A DNA stretch of 64,000 nucleotides from an uncultured Actinomycetota bacterium. GTDB taxonomy: Bacteria > Actinomycetota > Actinomycetes > JAHEKZ01. A program made the translations under genes and the position numbers. Shown here in pieces: positions 51,128-62,562 of this stretch (position 1 is its first letter; every line of letters begins with the position of its first letter). A model generated the notes under the pieces. The model saw only the letters and a program-made list of their open reading frames with translations. It ran no database searches and was not told the DNA's origin. Location: the NCBI GenBank assembly GCA_963743915.1, contig CAVURN010000005.1, forward strand, positions 32,001 to 96,000. Reading direction: 5' to 3'.

Positions 51128-51754
51128 TCAGGCGTCCTGCACCGTGCGGACGCCGAGAAGTGCGGCGAAGCCGAGCAGCCCGACGCCGGCCGCGACGTCG
51201 ATCCCCCACAGCACACGTCGACCGAGCCGTTGACCGACGCGGGACGCCACCAGCGCCAGCACCAGGAACCAAGCAGCGCTCCCCAGTACCACTCCGACCA
51301 GCAGCGTGACGGCTGACGCCGTGGAGTCGAGCAGCTCTGCGGTTGCGGCGGCACCGAAGATCGCAGCCCACGACACGATGGTCAGTGGGTTGGACGCCGT
51401 GGCGACCAGACCCGTCCGGAAAGAGGCGGGTACGTCAGCGACCTCCTCGGACATCTCCCCGCCGAGCCGGATGCGCCATGCGTCCCGCAGGGTGCGCACA
51501 CCCATCCACAGCAGCACGCCCGTACCGATGGCGCCGAGAGCGAGGCGGACGGCGTCCACCTGTACGAGCGCAGCAGCACCGAGGACTCCGAGCGCCGCAT
51601 AGAGACCGTCGACCGTGGCGGCGCCGGCACCGATCGCGAAGGCGGGTCGGAACCCGCCTCGTGTGGCGGTGCGGATGCACAGCAGCGAAACCGGACCGAC
51701 CTGCGCGGCCACGAATGCGCCGAGCAGCAGGCCAGCAAGGAACGCGTGCGTCAT
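51128..51754 (-). CDS. LysE family translocator
   Basis: VGPVSLLCIR, SNPLTIVSW. Confidence 0.88.
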   Translation of the reverse strand: MTHAFLAGLLLGAFVAAQVGPVSLLCIRTATRGGFRPAFAIGAGAATVDGLYAALGVLGAAALVQVDAVRLALGAIGTGVLLWMGVRTLRDAWRIRLGGEMSEEVADVPASFRTGLVATASNPLTIVSWAAIFGAAATAELLDSTASAVTLLVGVVLGSAAWFLVLALVASRVGQRLGRRVLWGIDVAAGVGLLGFAALLGVRTVQDA

Positions 51755-51802
51755 CTCGTGATCATGGCAGCGTGTCGAGGGCAGACGCACACGGTTATCG
51801 GG

Positions 51803-52128
51803 TCAGAGGTAGAGGCCGGTGCTGCTCTCGACGCGGGCGGCCGCCACCGCGTGGATGTCGCGCTCACGCAGCAGGACGAGGGTCTCGCCGCGCAGCTCCA
51901 CCTCGCCGCGGTCCTCCGGTTCGAAGAGCACCCGGTCGCCCGGACTCGCACGGTGCGCACGTTCGGCCCGACGCCGACGACCTCGGCCCAGACCAGACGC
52001 TTGCCCACCTGCGCCGTGGCGGGAATCACGATGCCCCCGGTGGAGCGGCGTTCACCGTTGGGTCCTTCCTCGCGCACCAGCACCCGGTCGTGCAGGAGCT
52101 GGATGGGGAGCGCGTCAGCGTCGGCCAT
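51803..52128 (-). CDS. stand-alone GroES-like co-chaperonin (frameshift near 51945)
   Basis: LHDRVLV, GGIVIPATA, VGVGP; then GDRVLF...LLRERDIHAV in the shifted frame. Confidence 0.85.
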
Positions 52129-52406
52129 CAGCCGCGGTGGAAGATCTTGCGGAGCACGAGCAGAGCGGTCACGGTGCCGGCGGCGATCGCGATCGGCTTC
52201 ACCTTCGGCGACCCGTCCTCCTCGACGAAGACCTTCTTGACGCCGTCGAGGGCATCACCGGCGAGGGCCTGGGGCTGCAGCCGGTCGGAGAGCTCGTCCA
52301 CCTGGTCGGCGAGACGCTTCTGCGCCGCGTCGATGTCGGACTGGATCTGCTCGGGGCTGCGGGCCTCGACGGGCGGGGCGTCCGCAGACGTGGATGAGTC
52401 GCTCAC
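52128..52406 (-). CDS. DUF3618 family protein
   Basis: SPEQIQSDIDAAQKRLADQVDELSDRLQP; C-terminal TM. Confidence 0.8.
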   Translation of the reverse strand: MSDSSTSADAPPVEARSPEQIQSDIDAAQKRLADQVDELSDRLQPQALAGDALDGVKKVFVEEDGSPKVKPIAIAAGTVTALLVLRKIFHRG

Positions 52407-52498
52407 TGCACACCTTCGTTCGTCCGGATCGGTCTCCACCGTAGCGGGACCGGGCGCCGGCATGGACCGCACCTCCCGGCATCACCAGGGGTGCTTGT

Positions 52499-52513
52499 TG
52501 CAACCAGTTTGCA
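52499..52513. promoter_or_regulatory. Zur/Fur-like 7-1-7 palindrome TGCAACC-A-GTTTGCA
   Basis: 6/7 palindrome about 30 bp upstream of the metal ABC operon. Confidence 0.5.
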
Positions 52514-52544
52514 GGAGCCAGATACCTGCACTAGCGTCGCGCGT

Positions 52545-53545
52545 ATGCGTCTCTCCCGCGCCCACCGCCCTCACCGCCGTGCTCGCAGCGACCCTGTTGC
52601 TCTCCGCCTGCGGCTCCGACCCGGAGGCGTCCGACGGACGCCTGGACGTCGCCACCACCGTGGCCCCGATCACCTCGATCGCGGCCAACATCGGCGGCGA
52701 CCGGGTCGACGTCACCGGGATCGTTCCCGAGGGCACCAACAGTCACACCTTCGAGCCGGCGCCGCAGGTCGCCGAGCTGCTCAGCACCGCCGACATCGTG
52801 TTCGTCAACGGGCTGCAGCTCGAGGAGCCGACCAAGGACCTGGCCGAGTCGAACATGAAGGACGACGCCGTGCTCGTCGAGATCGGCGACGAGGTGCTGC
52901 CGCCGGAGGACTACATCTACGACTTCTCGTTCCCCGAGGAGGACGGCAAGCCGAACCCCCACCTCTGGACCGACCCGACCTACGCGATCCAGTACGCCGA
53001 GGTGATCGCGGACGACCTACGCAGAGCAGGACCCCGACAACGCCGACTACTACGAGAAGAACCTGGACGCCTTCACCAAGAAGGCCAACGCACTGGCAGA
53101 CGCTCTGCGCGCCGACCAGCAGACGGTGCCGGACGGCAACCTGAAGCTGGTGACGTACCACGACGCGTACGCGTACTTCGCTCAGACCTTCGGCTGGGAC
53201 GTCGTGGGCGCGGTGCAGCCGAAGAACTTCGAGGACCCGACCCCGCAGGAGGTCGCGCAGATCATCGACCAGGTCGAGGCAGAGGGCGTCACCACGATCT
53301 TCGGCTCGGAGGTCTTCCCCTCCGCCGTGCTCGAGGAGATCGCCAACGCCACCGGCGCCCGCTACGAGGACACCCTGCGCGACGACGACCTGCCCGGCGA
53401 GCCCGGAGAGGCCGAGCACTCCTGGCTCGGGTTGATGAGGTACGACTACGTCACCATGATTGAGGGACTGGGCGGAACGGCAGACAAGCTGTCGACGGTG
53501 GACACCACCGACGTCGCCCCTGACGAGGCGGAGTATCCCCAGTGA
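52545..53545 (+). CDS. Zn/Mn ABC transporter substrate-binding lipoprotein (frameshifted)
   Basis: Lipobox LSAC; SHTFEP, NPHLW, YHDAYAYF. Confidence 0.88.
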
Positions 53546-54326
53546 CCGGCAACGGGCGTCGGGCCGGTGATCCTGACGCTCGACGACGTCAGCGTCGGCT
53601 ACGAGGAGACGACCGTCCTGCGTGACGTCTCGCTTCCACGTCCATGCCGACCAGTTCACCGGCATCGTCGGCCCCTCAGGCTCGGGCAAGACCACGCTGC
53701 TGCGAACCCTGCTCGGCACCCTGCGGCCGCAGCGGGGGCGCGTCACCGCGGACCCCGGGCTGCGCATGGCCTACGTCCCCCAGCTCGAGACCGTGAACTG
53801 GAACTTCCCGGTGACGGTCTTCGAGTGCGTCCTGATGGCCCGCACGCAGGGACGTCAGTGGCCGCGTGCGAGCCGGAAGGACCGGCGTGAAGTGGCACAG
53901 GTTCTGGACCGCCTGGGCATCGACGACCTCGCCGAGCGACACATCCGCCAGCTCTCCGGTGGCCAGCAGCAACGGATGTTCCTCGCCCGTGCCCTGTTGT
54001 CGGAGCCGCAGCTGCTCGTGCTGGACGAGCCGACGTCCGGCGTCGACATCAGCACCCGGCACGACATGCTCCACCTGCTGGCCGACCTGCACGAGGACGG
54101 CATCTCGATCATGCTGACCACCCACGACCTCAACGGCATGGCCGCGCACCTGCCCCATCTCGTCACGGTCAACGGCCGGATCGTCGCCGAGGGCACTCCC
54201 CAGGAGGTCATCACCCCGGACGTCCTCGAGCAGACCTTCGGGGCGCGTCTCGAGGTCCTCGAGCACCTCGGCATGCCGGTCGTCGTCGACGACTACCACC
54301 GCGCCGGCCCGCGGGCTGCGTCATGA
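53542..54326 (+). CDS. metal ABC transporter ATP-binding protein (frameshifted)
   Basis: GPSGSGKT, LSGGQQQR, LDEPTSGVD. Confidence 0.88.
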
Positions 54327-55233
54327 CCGACGTCCTGCTGATCCCCGATCTCACCGGCCCGCTCCAGTACGCGTTCTTCCAGAAGGGCCTGGTGGTCGCG
54401 GCCATCTCCGGCGCGCTGCTCGGCTTCGTCGGCGTCTACATCACGCTGCGCGGGATGAGCTACATCGGCCACGGCCTCTCGCACGCCATCTTCGGCGGCT
54501 TCGCGGCGGCGTCCCTGGTGAGCGCGTCCTTCATCTACCTCGGCGCCGGCATCTGGGGCGTGTCGTCCGCGCTCGCCATCAACTGGGTGTCACGCAAGCA
54601 CCGGATCGGCGCGGATGCCGCGATCGGCGTGATCACCACGGCGTCCTTCGCGCTCGGTGTGGCGCTGCTGAGCCACTACGGCAGCTCGGGCCCCTCGTTC
54701 GACAACGCCCTGTTCGGTTCGATCTACGGCATCAGCACCGACCAGATCGTCATGCTCGTCGGCGTCAGCGTCGCGACCGGCCTCTACGTGTTCCTGCGCT
54801 ACCGTTCGCTGCTCTTCACCACGTTCGACCCCGAGGTCGCGGCCGTCAGCGGCGTCAACGTGGCCCGCACCGAGGCGATGCTGATGCTGCTGCTGTCACT
54901 GGCGATCCTGGCGACGCTGACCGTCATCGGCGTCACCCTGGTGGCCGCGATGCTGGTCATCCCGGCGGTCGTCGCGCGCATGGTGACCGACTCGTTCAGC
55001 CGGATGCTGGTGATCTCGACGCTCGGTCGGCGCCGCCTGCGGTCTCGCCGGCATGTACCTCAGCTACTTCGCCGACGTCCCCTCCGGAACCATGATCGTC
55101 CTGACGGGGGCCGCGGTCTTCACGCGTCACCCTGGCATGGAAGGGTGGCAGGTCCCTGCTGCGGACGGCGGGGATGGACGACCACGTGGACGCGCCCGCG
55201 CCCCTTCCGACGCCCACCAGGAGTGCTTGATGC
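54323..55233 (+). CDS. metal ABC transporter permease (3' frameshifts; end approximate)
   Basis: RGMSYIGHGLSH, TFDPEVA. Confidence 0.85.
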
Positions 55234-55709
55234 CCGAGACACCCCGGCTCTCGCCCGGCGACCGCGCGCCCGACTTCGCGCTCAGCGACGACACCGGCGA
55301 GCTGGTTCGGCTCTCCGACCTCAAGGGCAGCAGAGTCATCGTGTACTTCTACCCCGCGGCGATGACCCCTGGGTGCACCACGCAGGCGTGTGACTTCACT
55401 GCGGCCATGACCGACTTCCGCACCGCCGGGTACACCGTGCTCGGCATCTCCCCGGACAAGCCGGAGAAGCTGGCGAAGTTCCGCAATGAGGGCTCGCTCA
55501 ACTTCACCCTGCTCTCCGACCCGAGCAAGGAGACCATGACGGCGTACGGCGCGTACGGCGAGAAGCAGCTGTACGGCAAGACCGTCGTCGGCGTGATCCG
55601 CTCCACCTTCGTGATCGACGAGAAGGGCGTGATCGAGCAGGCGCAGTACAACGTCAAGGCCAAGGGCCACGTGGCCAAGCTCGCCCGCGAGCTCGCCATC
55701 CCCCTCTGA
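55230..55709 (+). CDS. bcp: thioredoxin-dependent thiol peroxidase
   Basis: [18 protein letters not shown]. Confidence 0.95.
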   Translation: MPETPRLSPGDRAPDFALSDDTGELVRLSDLKGSRVIVYFYPAAMTPGCTTQACDFTAAMTDFRTAGYTVLGISPDKPEKLAKFRNEGSLNFTLLSDPSKETMTAYGAYGEKQLYGKTVVGVIRSTFVIDEKGVIEQAQYNVKAKGHVAKLARELAIPL

Positions 55710-55797
55710 CGACCCAAGAACGACGCATTCACCCGCTCTGGTGGAACAAGCTCCGCCGTCATCCTGTGGACAGACGGCCGTCCTAGACTGCGGGCAC

Positions 55798-55879
55798 GCG
55801 GAAGTGGCGGAACTGGCAGACGCGCACGGTTTAGGTCCGTGTGCCTTCGGGCGTGGGGGTTCGAGTCCCCCCTTCCGCA
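55798..55879 (+). tRNA. tRNA-Leu(TAG)
   Basis: Acceptor stem GCGGAAG/CTTCCGC; anticodon TAG; long variable arm. Confidence 0.95.
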
Positions 55880-55887
55880 CTCAGTGC

Positions 55888-56503
55888 CTATGTGGCTACG
55901 TGCCCGAGGTGCATCGGGCAGGTGCTCTGCCAGCGCGCGGAAGGCGCGTCCGCGATGGCTGATCGCGTCCTTCTCCTGCGGCGACATCTCCGCCGTGGTC
56001 CGGCTCTCCCCCTCCGGCACGAAGATCGGGTCGTAGCCGAAGCCGTTGACGCCACGCGGTTCGCGCAGGAGCGAGCCGGAGAGCCTACCCTCGACGACGT
56101 GCTCACCACCGTGCGGCAGCGCAAGCGCCGCGGCGCAGGCGAAGTGGGCGCTGCGCCGGTCGTCCGGTACGTCGGTCAGCTGCGCGAGGACCAGGTCGAG
56201 GTTCGCCTGGTCGTCGCCGTGGCGGCCCGCCCACCGGGCGCTGAAGACGCCCGGCATGCCACCGAGCACGTCGACACAGAGACCGGAGTCGTCCGCGACT
56301 GCAGGCAAGCCCGTCGCCGCGGCCACCGCGTGCGCCTTGAGCAGTGCGTTCTCGGCGAAGGTCGTCCCGGTCTCGGCCACGTCGTGCAGATTCGGGAACG
56401 CGTCCGCACCCATCAGGTGCACGTCGAGTCCGACGTCGGCGAGGATCCGCTTCAGCTCGGCAACCTTGTGCGGGTTGCGCGTCGCGAGGACCAGTCGGTG
56501 CAT
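55888..56503 (-). CDS. rdgB: non-canonical purine NTP pyrophosphatase (3' frameshift)
   Basis: [27 protein letters not shown]. Confidence 0.93.
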
Positions 56504-57229
56504 CACCGCGCCAGCGCCTCCTGCTGCAGCCGTGGCCAGCTCGGTGCAGCCGGCGACGGCAAGGTCGAGCAGGGCGTCGAGCTCGGAGCGGTCGAAGGGG
56601 ACGCCCTCGGCGGTCCCCTGCACCTCCACGAACCGGCCGTCGCCAGTGCACACGACGTTCATGTCGGTCTCGGCGGTGACGTCCTCCTCGTAGCAGAGGT
56701 CGAGCACCGGGTCGCCGCCGACGACGCCCACGGAGACGGCCGCCACCGAGCCGGTCAGTGCCTGTGCCCCGGCCTTGACGATTCCCTGCTGCTGCGCCCA
56801 CGCCACGGCGTCGGCCAGCGCGACGTAGGCGCCGGTGATCGCCGCGGTCCGCGTCCCTCCGTCGGCCTGCAGCACGTCGCAGTCGAGCACCACGGAGTTC
56901 TCGCCGAGCGCGGAGAGGTCGACCACGGCGCGCAGCGCGCGTCCGATGAGCCGAGAGATCTCGTGCGTGCGGCCGCCGATCTTGCCGCGCACCGACTCGC
57001 GGTCGCTCCGGGTGTGCGTCGACCGCGGAAGCATCGAGTACTCAGCCGTCACCCAGCCCAGCCCACTGCCCTTGCGCCACCGCGGGACGCCCTCGGTGAG
57101 CGACGCGGTGCAGAGCACCCGGGTGCGCCCGAACTCGACGAGCACCGATCCTTCGGGGTGCTCGCTCCAGTGGCGGGTGAACTGGACGGGGCGGAGCTGG
57201 TCGGCCGATCGGCCGTCGACGCGCGTCAT
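56503..57229 (-). CDS. rph: ribonuclease PH (indel near the 3' end fuses it to rdgB)
   Basis: [30 protein letters not shown]. Confidence 0.95.
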
Positions 57230-57238
57230 GCGCGCAGG

Positions 57239-57992
57239 CTATCGACCCACGTCCACGGCGAGGCCGGGGGTGGCCAGCTCGATCGGACCGTCGAACACCG
57301 CGGAGGCCTCCGCCAGGGCGACGTGCTGGGTCGTGCCACGGCGGTACGTGCGTCAGCACGAGGCGTCCAGCCCGGCTCTGCTGCGCAAGCGCGCCGGCTT
57401 CGCGTCCGGTCAGGTGGAGGTCGGCGGGGTTGTCCGATCCCTCGATGAAGGACGCCTCGGCCAGCAGCACGTCGGCGTCGACCGCCAGCTGGTCGATCGG
57501 CGCGACAGGGACCGGTGTCTCCGGTGTAGACCAGCGTGGCACCCCCGGCCGTCAGGCGGATGCCGTAGGCCTCGATCGGGTGGGCCACTCGCTCGGCGCG
57601 GATGCGGAACGGCCCCACGGCCGCCGCACTCGCGAGGTCGCGGAAGTCGAAGGCGCTGGTCATCCCCGTGGGTGTGGCCATGCCCGTACGCACGCGCCAG
57701 GCGCTCGGCGCTGTCGGTCGGTCCGTACACCGGAAGGCGGCCACTGAACGCATAGGGCCCGTACCGGTGACCCACGTACAGCGAGGTCATGTCGACGCAG
57801 TGGTCGGCGTGCAGATGGCTGAGCACGATGGCGTCGATCTGTGGCAGCTCGATGTGCTGCTGCAGCGCACCCAGAGCAGCCGTTACCCAGGTCGACGACG
57901 AGCCGGAAGCCGTCGTGCTCCACGAGGTAGCAGGACCCGGAGCTCGTAGGGCCCGGCATGCTGCCGGAACAGCCGACAACCGTCAGCCTCAC
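57239..57992 (-). CDS. MBL-fold metallo-hydrolase (frameshifted)
   Basis: [31 protein letters not shown]. Confidence 0.88.
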
Positions 57993-58792
57993 GCAAACAC
58001 TCCGGCATGCTCCACCGAGTCGACCTCCGGCCCGAGGAACCGGGAAGCCAACGTGGCGAAGGGCGCCGGGTCGCCGGTGGCGAGGAAGCGGTGGGAGGGC
58101 AGGGGCAGCGACTCGTCGCGGAGCAGGTTCTGCTCCGACAGGACGCGGTAGACGTCTCGCGCGGTCTCGTCGGCGCTCGACACCAGCGTGACCTCGTAAC
58201 CCATCACGTACGAGATGACACCCGCGAGCAGCGGGTAGTGCGTGCAGCCGAGAACGAGGGTGTCGACGCCTGCCTCGCGCAGCGGATCGAGGTAGGTGTG
58301 CGCGGTCCTCAGCACCTCGGGCCCGCCGGTGAGTCCGCGCTCGACGTAGTCGACGAACAGCGGGCACGCCGCCTGCGACACCGTCAGGCGCGGCGCCGCG
58401 GCAAAGGCGTCCGGGTAGGCGCCCGACGTGACCGTGGCCTCGGTGCCGATGACGCCGACGTGACCGTTGCGCGTCGCGTGCACGGCGCGCCTGACAGCCG
58501 GCTGCACGACCTCGACGACCGGCACGCGGTAGCGCTCGCGGGCGTCCCGCAGCACAGCGGCGCTGGCGCTGTTGCAGGCGATCACGAGCATCTTGACGCC
58601 CTGGTCGACCAGGTGGTCCATCACGTCGAGGGCGAAGGCCCGCACCTCGGCGATGGGACGCGGGCCGTACGGCCCCCGCGCCGTGTCACCGACATAGAGG
58701 ATCGGCTCGTGGGGAAGCAGGTCGAGCACCGACCGCGCCACCGTGAGTCCACCGACCCCGCTGTCGAAGATCCCAATCGGTGCGTCGGCCAC
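57989..58792 (-). CDS. murI: glutamate racemase
   Basis: [23 protein letters not shown]. Confidence 0.96.
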   Translation of the reverse strand: MADAPIGIFDSGVGGLTVARSVLDLLPHEPILYVGDTARGPYGPRPIAEVRAFALDVMDHLVDQGVKMLVIACNSASAAVLRDARERYRVPVVEVVQPAVRRAVHATRNGHVGVIGTEATVTSGAYPDAFAAAPRLTVSQAACPLFVDYVERGLTGGPEVLRTAHTYLDPLREAGVDTLVLGCTHYPLLAGVISYVMGYEVTLVSSADETARDVYRVLSEQNLLRDESLPLPSHRFLATGDPAPFATLASRFLGPEVDSVEHAGVFA

Positions 58793-58807
58793 GGCGCCAG
58801 GGTAACG

Positions 58808-58867
58808 GCACACCTTTGGGGAAACCTGTCCGTGTCATGACCCTGGCGTGTTACCCCAAAGGTGTGC
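58808..58867. repeat. 60-bp palindromic element (left copy)
   Basis: 14-bp perfect arms GCACACCTTTGGGG / CCCCAAAGGTGTGC. Confidence 0.85.
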
Positions 58868-58928
58868 TGTCCACAGCGCAAGACCGGTCGGTGGCGAGTG
58901 AGGGGCCCCTGCGGGCACGCTCCCCGGC

Positions 58929-59906
58929 ATGCCACGACTCACCGCATCGGCGCAGCGGCACAGGGCGCTGCAGAGGCTGGCGAAGCCTCAGTCCGGGGTG
59001 TTCAGCCGCACCCAGGCACTTGCCGCGGGGTGGAGCGACGACGAGGTCGCAGCCCAGGTCGCCGCCCAGCGCTGGCGGCGCCTGCATCCCGGGGTCTATT
59101 ACCTCAGCAACGGAGCGTTGACCCGAGATGCGGTGCGGTGGGCGGCGCTTCTGTGGGCTGGACCGGGTGCTGTCCTCAGCCACGAGTCTGCTGCGGAGTG
59201 TCACGGACTAGCAGCCGCGGCCACGACCACTGCCCCTGTCACCGTTCTGATCCCCTGGGAACGCCGGTCCGGCAGGTGCCCTGGCATCGTCGTCCGCCGG
59301 CGACGGCAGTTGGAGCATCACACTCGCCTTAGCTCCCCACCCACGACGAGGGTCGAGCACACCGTCCTAGACCTGGCAAGCGATGCGTCGACCGTGCGTG
59401 ACGCCGTCGGATGGATCACTCGCGCCTACCAGCGCAAGCTCACCACACCCGCCCGACTGGAACTGGCGTTGAACTCGCGGGTGCGCCTGCGCCGTCGCCG
59501 GCTGCTGCTCGCGCTCGTCGCGACGATCTCGCCGGACGCCGAGAGCCCGCTCGAGCACGAGTACGACCATCGGGTGGCGCATGCCCACGGCCTGCCGGCC
59601 GGCAAGGGGCAGCAACGCGAACGGACCGGAGGGCGCGGTGTCCGAAGGGATCGTGACTACTCGGAGTACGGCACCGTGGTCGAGCTCGACGGGCTCGCCG
59701 GACACGAGGACGCGTGGGACACGTTCCGTGACATGGACCGCGACAACTGCACCCAGGAAGACGGCAAGGCGACGCTCCGCTACGGGGCGGTTGACGTTTA
59801 CGGGCGTCCGTGTGACGCCGCGCGACAGGTCGGCGTGCTGCTGCGCCGCGGAGGCTGGACCGGACAGCTCGTCAGTTGCGGACCCAGTTGCACGGCTTTG
59901 GGGTAA
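58929..59906 (+). CDS. AbiEi-family HTH fused to Vsr/DUF559-like endonuclease domain
   Basis: QSGVFSRTQALAAG..W.RLHPGVY, LSHESAA, TVLDL, ESPLE, VVELDG...H, RD..RDN. Confidence 0.8.
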   Translation: MPRLTASAQRHRALQRLAKPQSGVFSRTQALAAGWSDDEVAAQVAAQRWRRLHPGVYYLSNGALTRDAVRWAALLWAGPGAVLSHESAAECHGLAAAATTTAPVTVLIPWERRSGRCPGIVVRRRRQLEHHTRLSSPPTTRVEHTVLDLASDASTVRDAVGWITRAYQRKLTTPARLELALNSRVRLRRRRLLLALVATISPDAESPLEHEYDHRVAHAHGLPAGKGQQRERTGGRGVRRDRDYSEYGTVVELDGLAGHEDAWDTFRDMDRDNCTQEDGKATLRYGAVDVYGRPCDAARQVGVLLRRGGWTGQLVSCGPSCTALG

Positions 59907-59949
59907 CCAGTCCGGGTCATAGCCCGGAAGATTTTCCCCAAAGGTGTGC
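59890..59949. repeat. 60-bp palindromic element (right copy, inverted)
   Basis: Reverse complement matches the left copy at 47/60 positions without gaps; contains the ORF stop codon. Confidence 0.85.
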
Positions 59950-59959
59950 GGTGACGCCG

Positions 59960-61211
<1,252 letters not shown>

Positions 61212-61231
61212 TGGGTCTCCTTTTGTCGCAA

Positions 61232-61660
61232 TCAGGCGGGTGCATCGTTCAACGTCGGAACGATGCTCACATCTTCCTCTGTGACCACGCCGTCCACGAT
61301 TCGAAACGACCGGATCTCCTCGGTGTCCGGGTCACGCGTGGAGACCAGCAGGTAGTGGGCGCCGGGCTCGGACGCGTACGAGACGTCGGTCCGCGAGGGA
61401 TAGGCCTCCGTCGCGGTGTGCGAGTGGTAGATGACCACGGGCTCCTCGTCGCGGGCGTCCATCTCGCGGTACAGCCGCAGCAGGTCCATCGAGTCGAACT
61501 CGTAGAAGGTCGGTGACCGCGCCGCGTTCACCATGGGCACGAAGCGCTCGGGACGGTCGCTGCCCGCAGGGCCGGCGACCACGCCGCACGCCTCGTCCGG
61601 GTGGTCCCGACGCGCGTGGGCGACGATGGCGTCGACGACGTCCTGGGCGATCTCGAGCAC
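61232..61660 (-). CDS. mec: JAMM/M67 metallopeptidase
   Basis: PDEACG, YHSHT..EAYPSRTD. Confidence 0.9.
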   Translation of the reverse strand: MLEIAQDVVDAIVAHARRDHPDEACGVVAGPAGSDRPERFVPMVNAARSPTFYEFDSMDLLRLYREMDARDEEPVVIYHSHTATEAYPSRTDVSYASEPGAHYLLVSTRDPDTEEIRSFRIVDGVVTEEDVSIVPTLNDAPA

Positions 61661-61669
61661 GGGACCAGG

Positions 61670-62221
61670 CTAGGGGGCTGCCACCGTCTCCCCGCCGCCG
61701 CCCCGGTCGTCGGCGAGGACCTCGACGAGCTCGTACTGCAGGGCGGTGAGCAGGTCGTAGGTGCTGTAGGCGACCAGGTCGTCGGTCTGCTCCGCCGGTC
61801 CCTCTTCCGTGATCGCGAGGCGGGTTCCCAGCATCAGTCGCAGGTCGTTGAGTGCTCCGAGCACCGCGCGGCTCGTGGTGGCGTCGAGCAGGACGTCGTC
61901 CGCCTCGAGCAGCCCGGCGAGCGTGGCGGCGTCCTGCCGCTTGCGGGTCAGCAGGGTGTCCTGGCTGAACCTGCGGAACTCCGCGGACGCCGTGGGGTCG
62001 TCGAGCACGGCGTCCGGCAGCAGCCGCGCCAGGGCCGGGTCGGAGGGCCGTTCCGGTGGTTCGTCGAGGGTGGCCGCCAGGGCGTCGAGCGGGTGGTCCG
62101 GCACCTCGGGCTCGGGACCGAGCAGCTCCTGCAGGTCGGTCAGGTAGAGACGCAGCCGCCACGCCCAGGGGTGCAGGGTGGCGTGGACGCCGTCGGCATC
62201 GGCCTCGAAGGCGAGGGTCAT
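61670..62221 (-). CDS. DUF2017 family protein
   Basis: [27 protein letters not shown]. Confidence 0.85.
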   Translation of the reverse strand: MTLAFEADADGVHATLHPWAWRLRLYLTDLQELLGPEPEVPDHPLDALAATLDEPPERPSDPALARLLPDAVLDDPTASAEFRRFSQDTLLTRKRQDAATLAGLLEADDVLLDATTSRAVLGALNDLRLMLGTRLAITEEGPAEQTDDLVAYSTYDLLTALQYELVEVLADDRGGGGETVAAP

Positions 62222-62517
62222 CGGTCCTGCTGCAGGGTCGCCCAGAGCCCGTAGCCGTGCAGCGCCGCCACGTCGCGTTCCATCTCCTCGCGCGAGCCGC
62301 TGGAGACGGCTGACCTGCCCTCGTGGTGCACCTGGAGCATGAGCTCCTCGGCCTTGGCGCGGTCGTAGCCGAAGTACTCCTGGAAGACGAAGGTGACGTA
62401 GCTCATGAGGTTCACCGGGTCGTTCCAGACGATCGTGACCCAGGGGGTGTCCGGCAGGACGTCGCGCTCGGTGCTGGGACGATCGAGCTCGACAGGGGCG
62501 GTGGTCACGCCGTCCAT
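62218..62517 (-). CDS. clpS: ATP-dependent Clp protease adaptor
   Basis: [26 protein letters not shown]. Confidence 0.95.
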   Translation of the reverse strand: MDGVTTAPVELDRPSTERDVLPDTPWVTIVWNDPVNLMSYVTFVFQEYFGYDRAKAEELMLQVHHEGRSAVSSGSREEMERDVAALHGYGLWATLQQDR

Positions 62518-62562
62518 GGTGCCACCGACCTGCGACGATGGTGGGGAGACATCGGAGGCCTG

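Noticed and set aside
55349-57229. 626-aa Rph-RdgB fusion ORF running through tRNA-Leu
   Set aside because: Removing one base near 56532 restores ...LQQEALAR-stop overlapping the rdgB ATG, and a second indel restores the rdgB stop near 55888.
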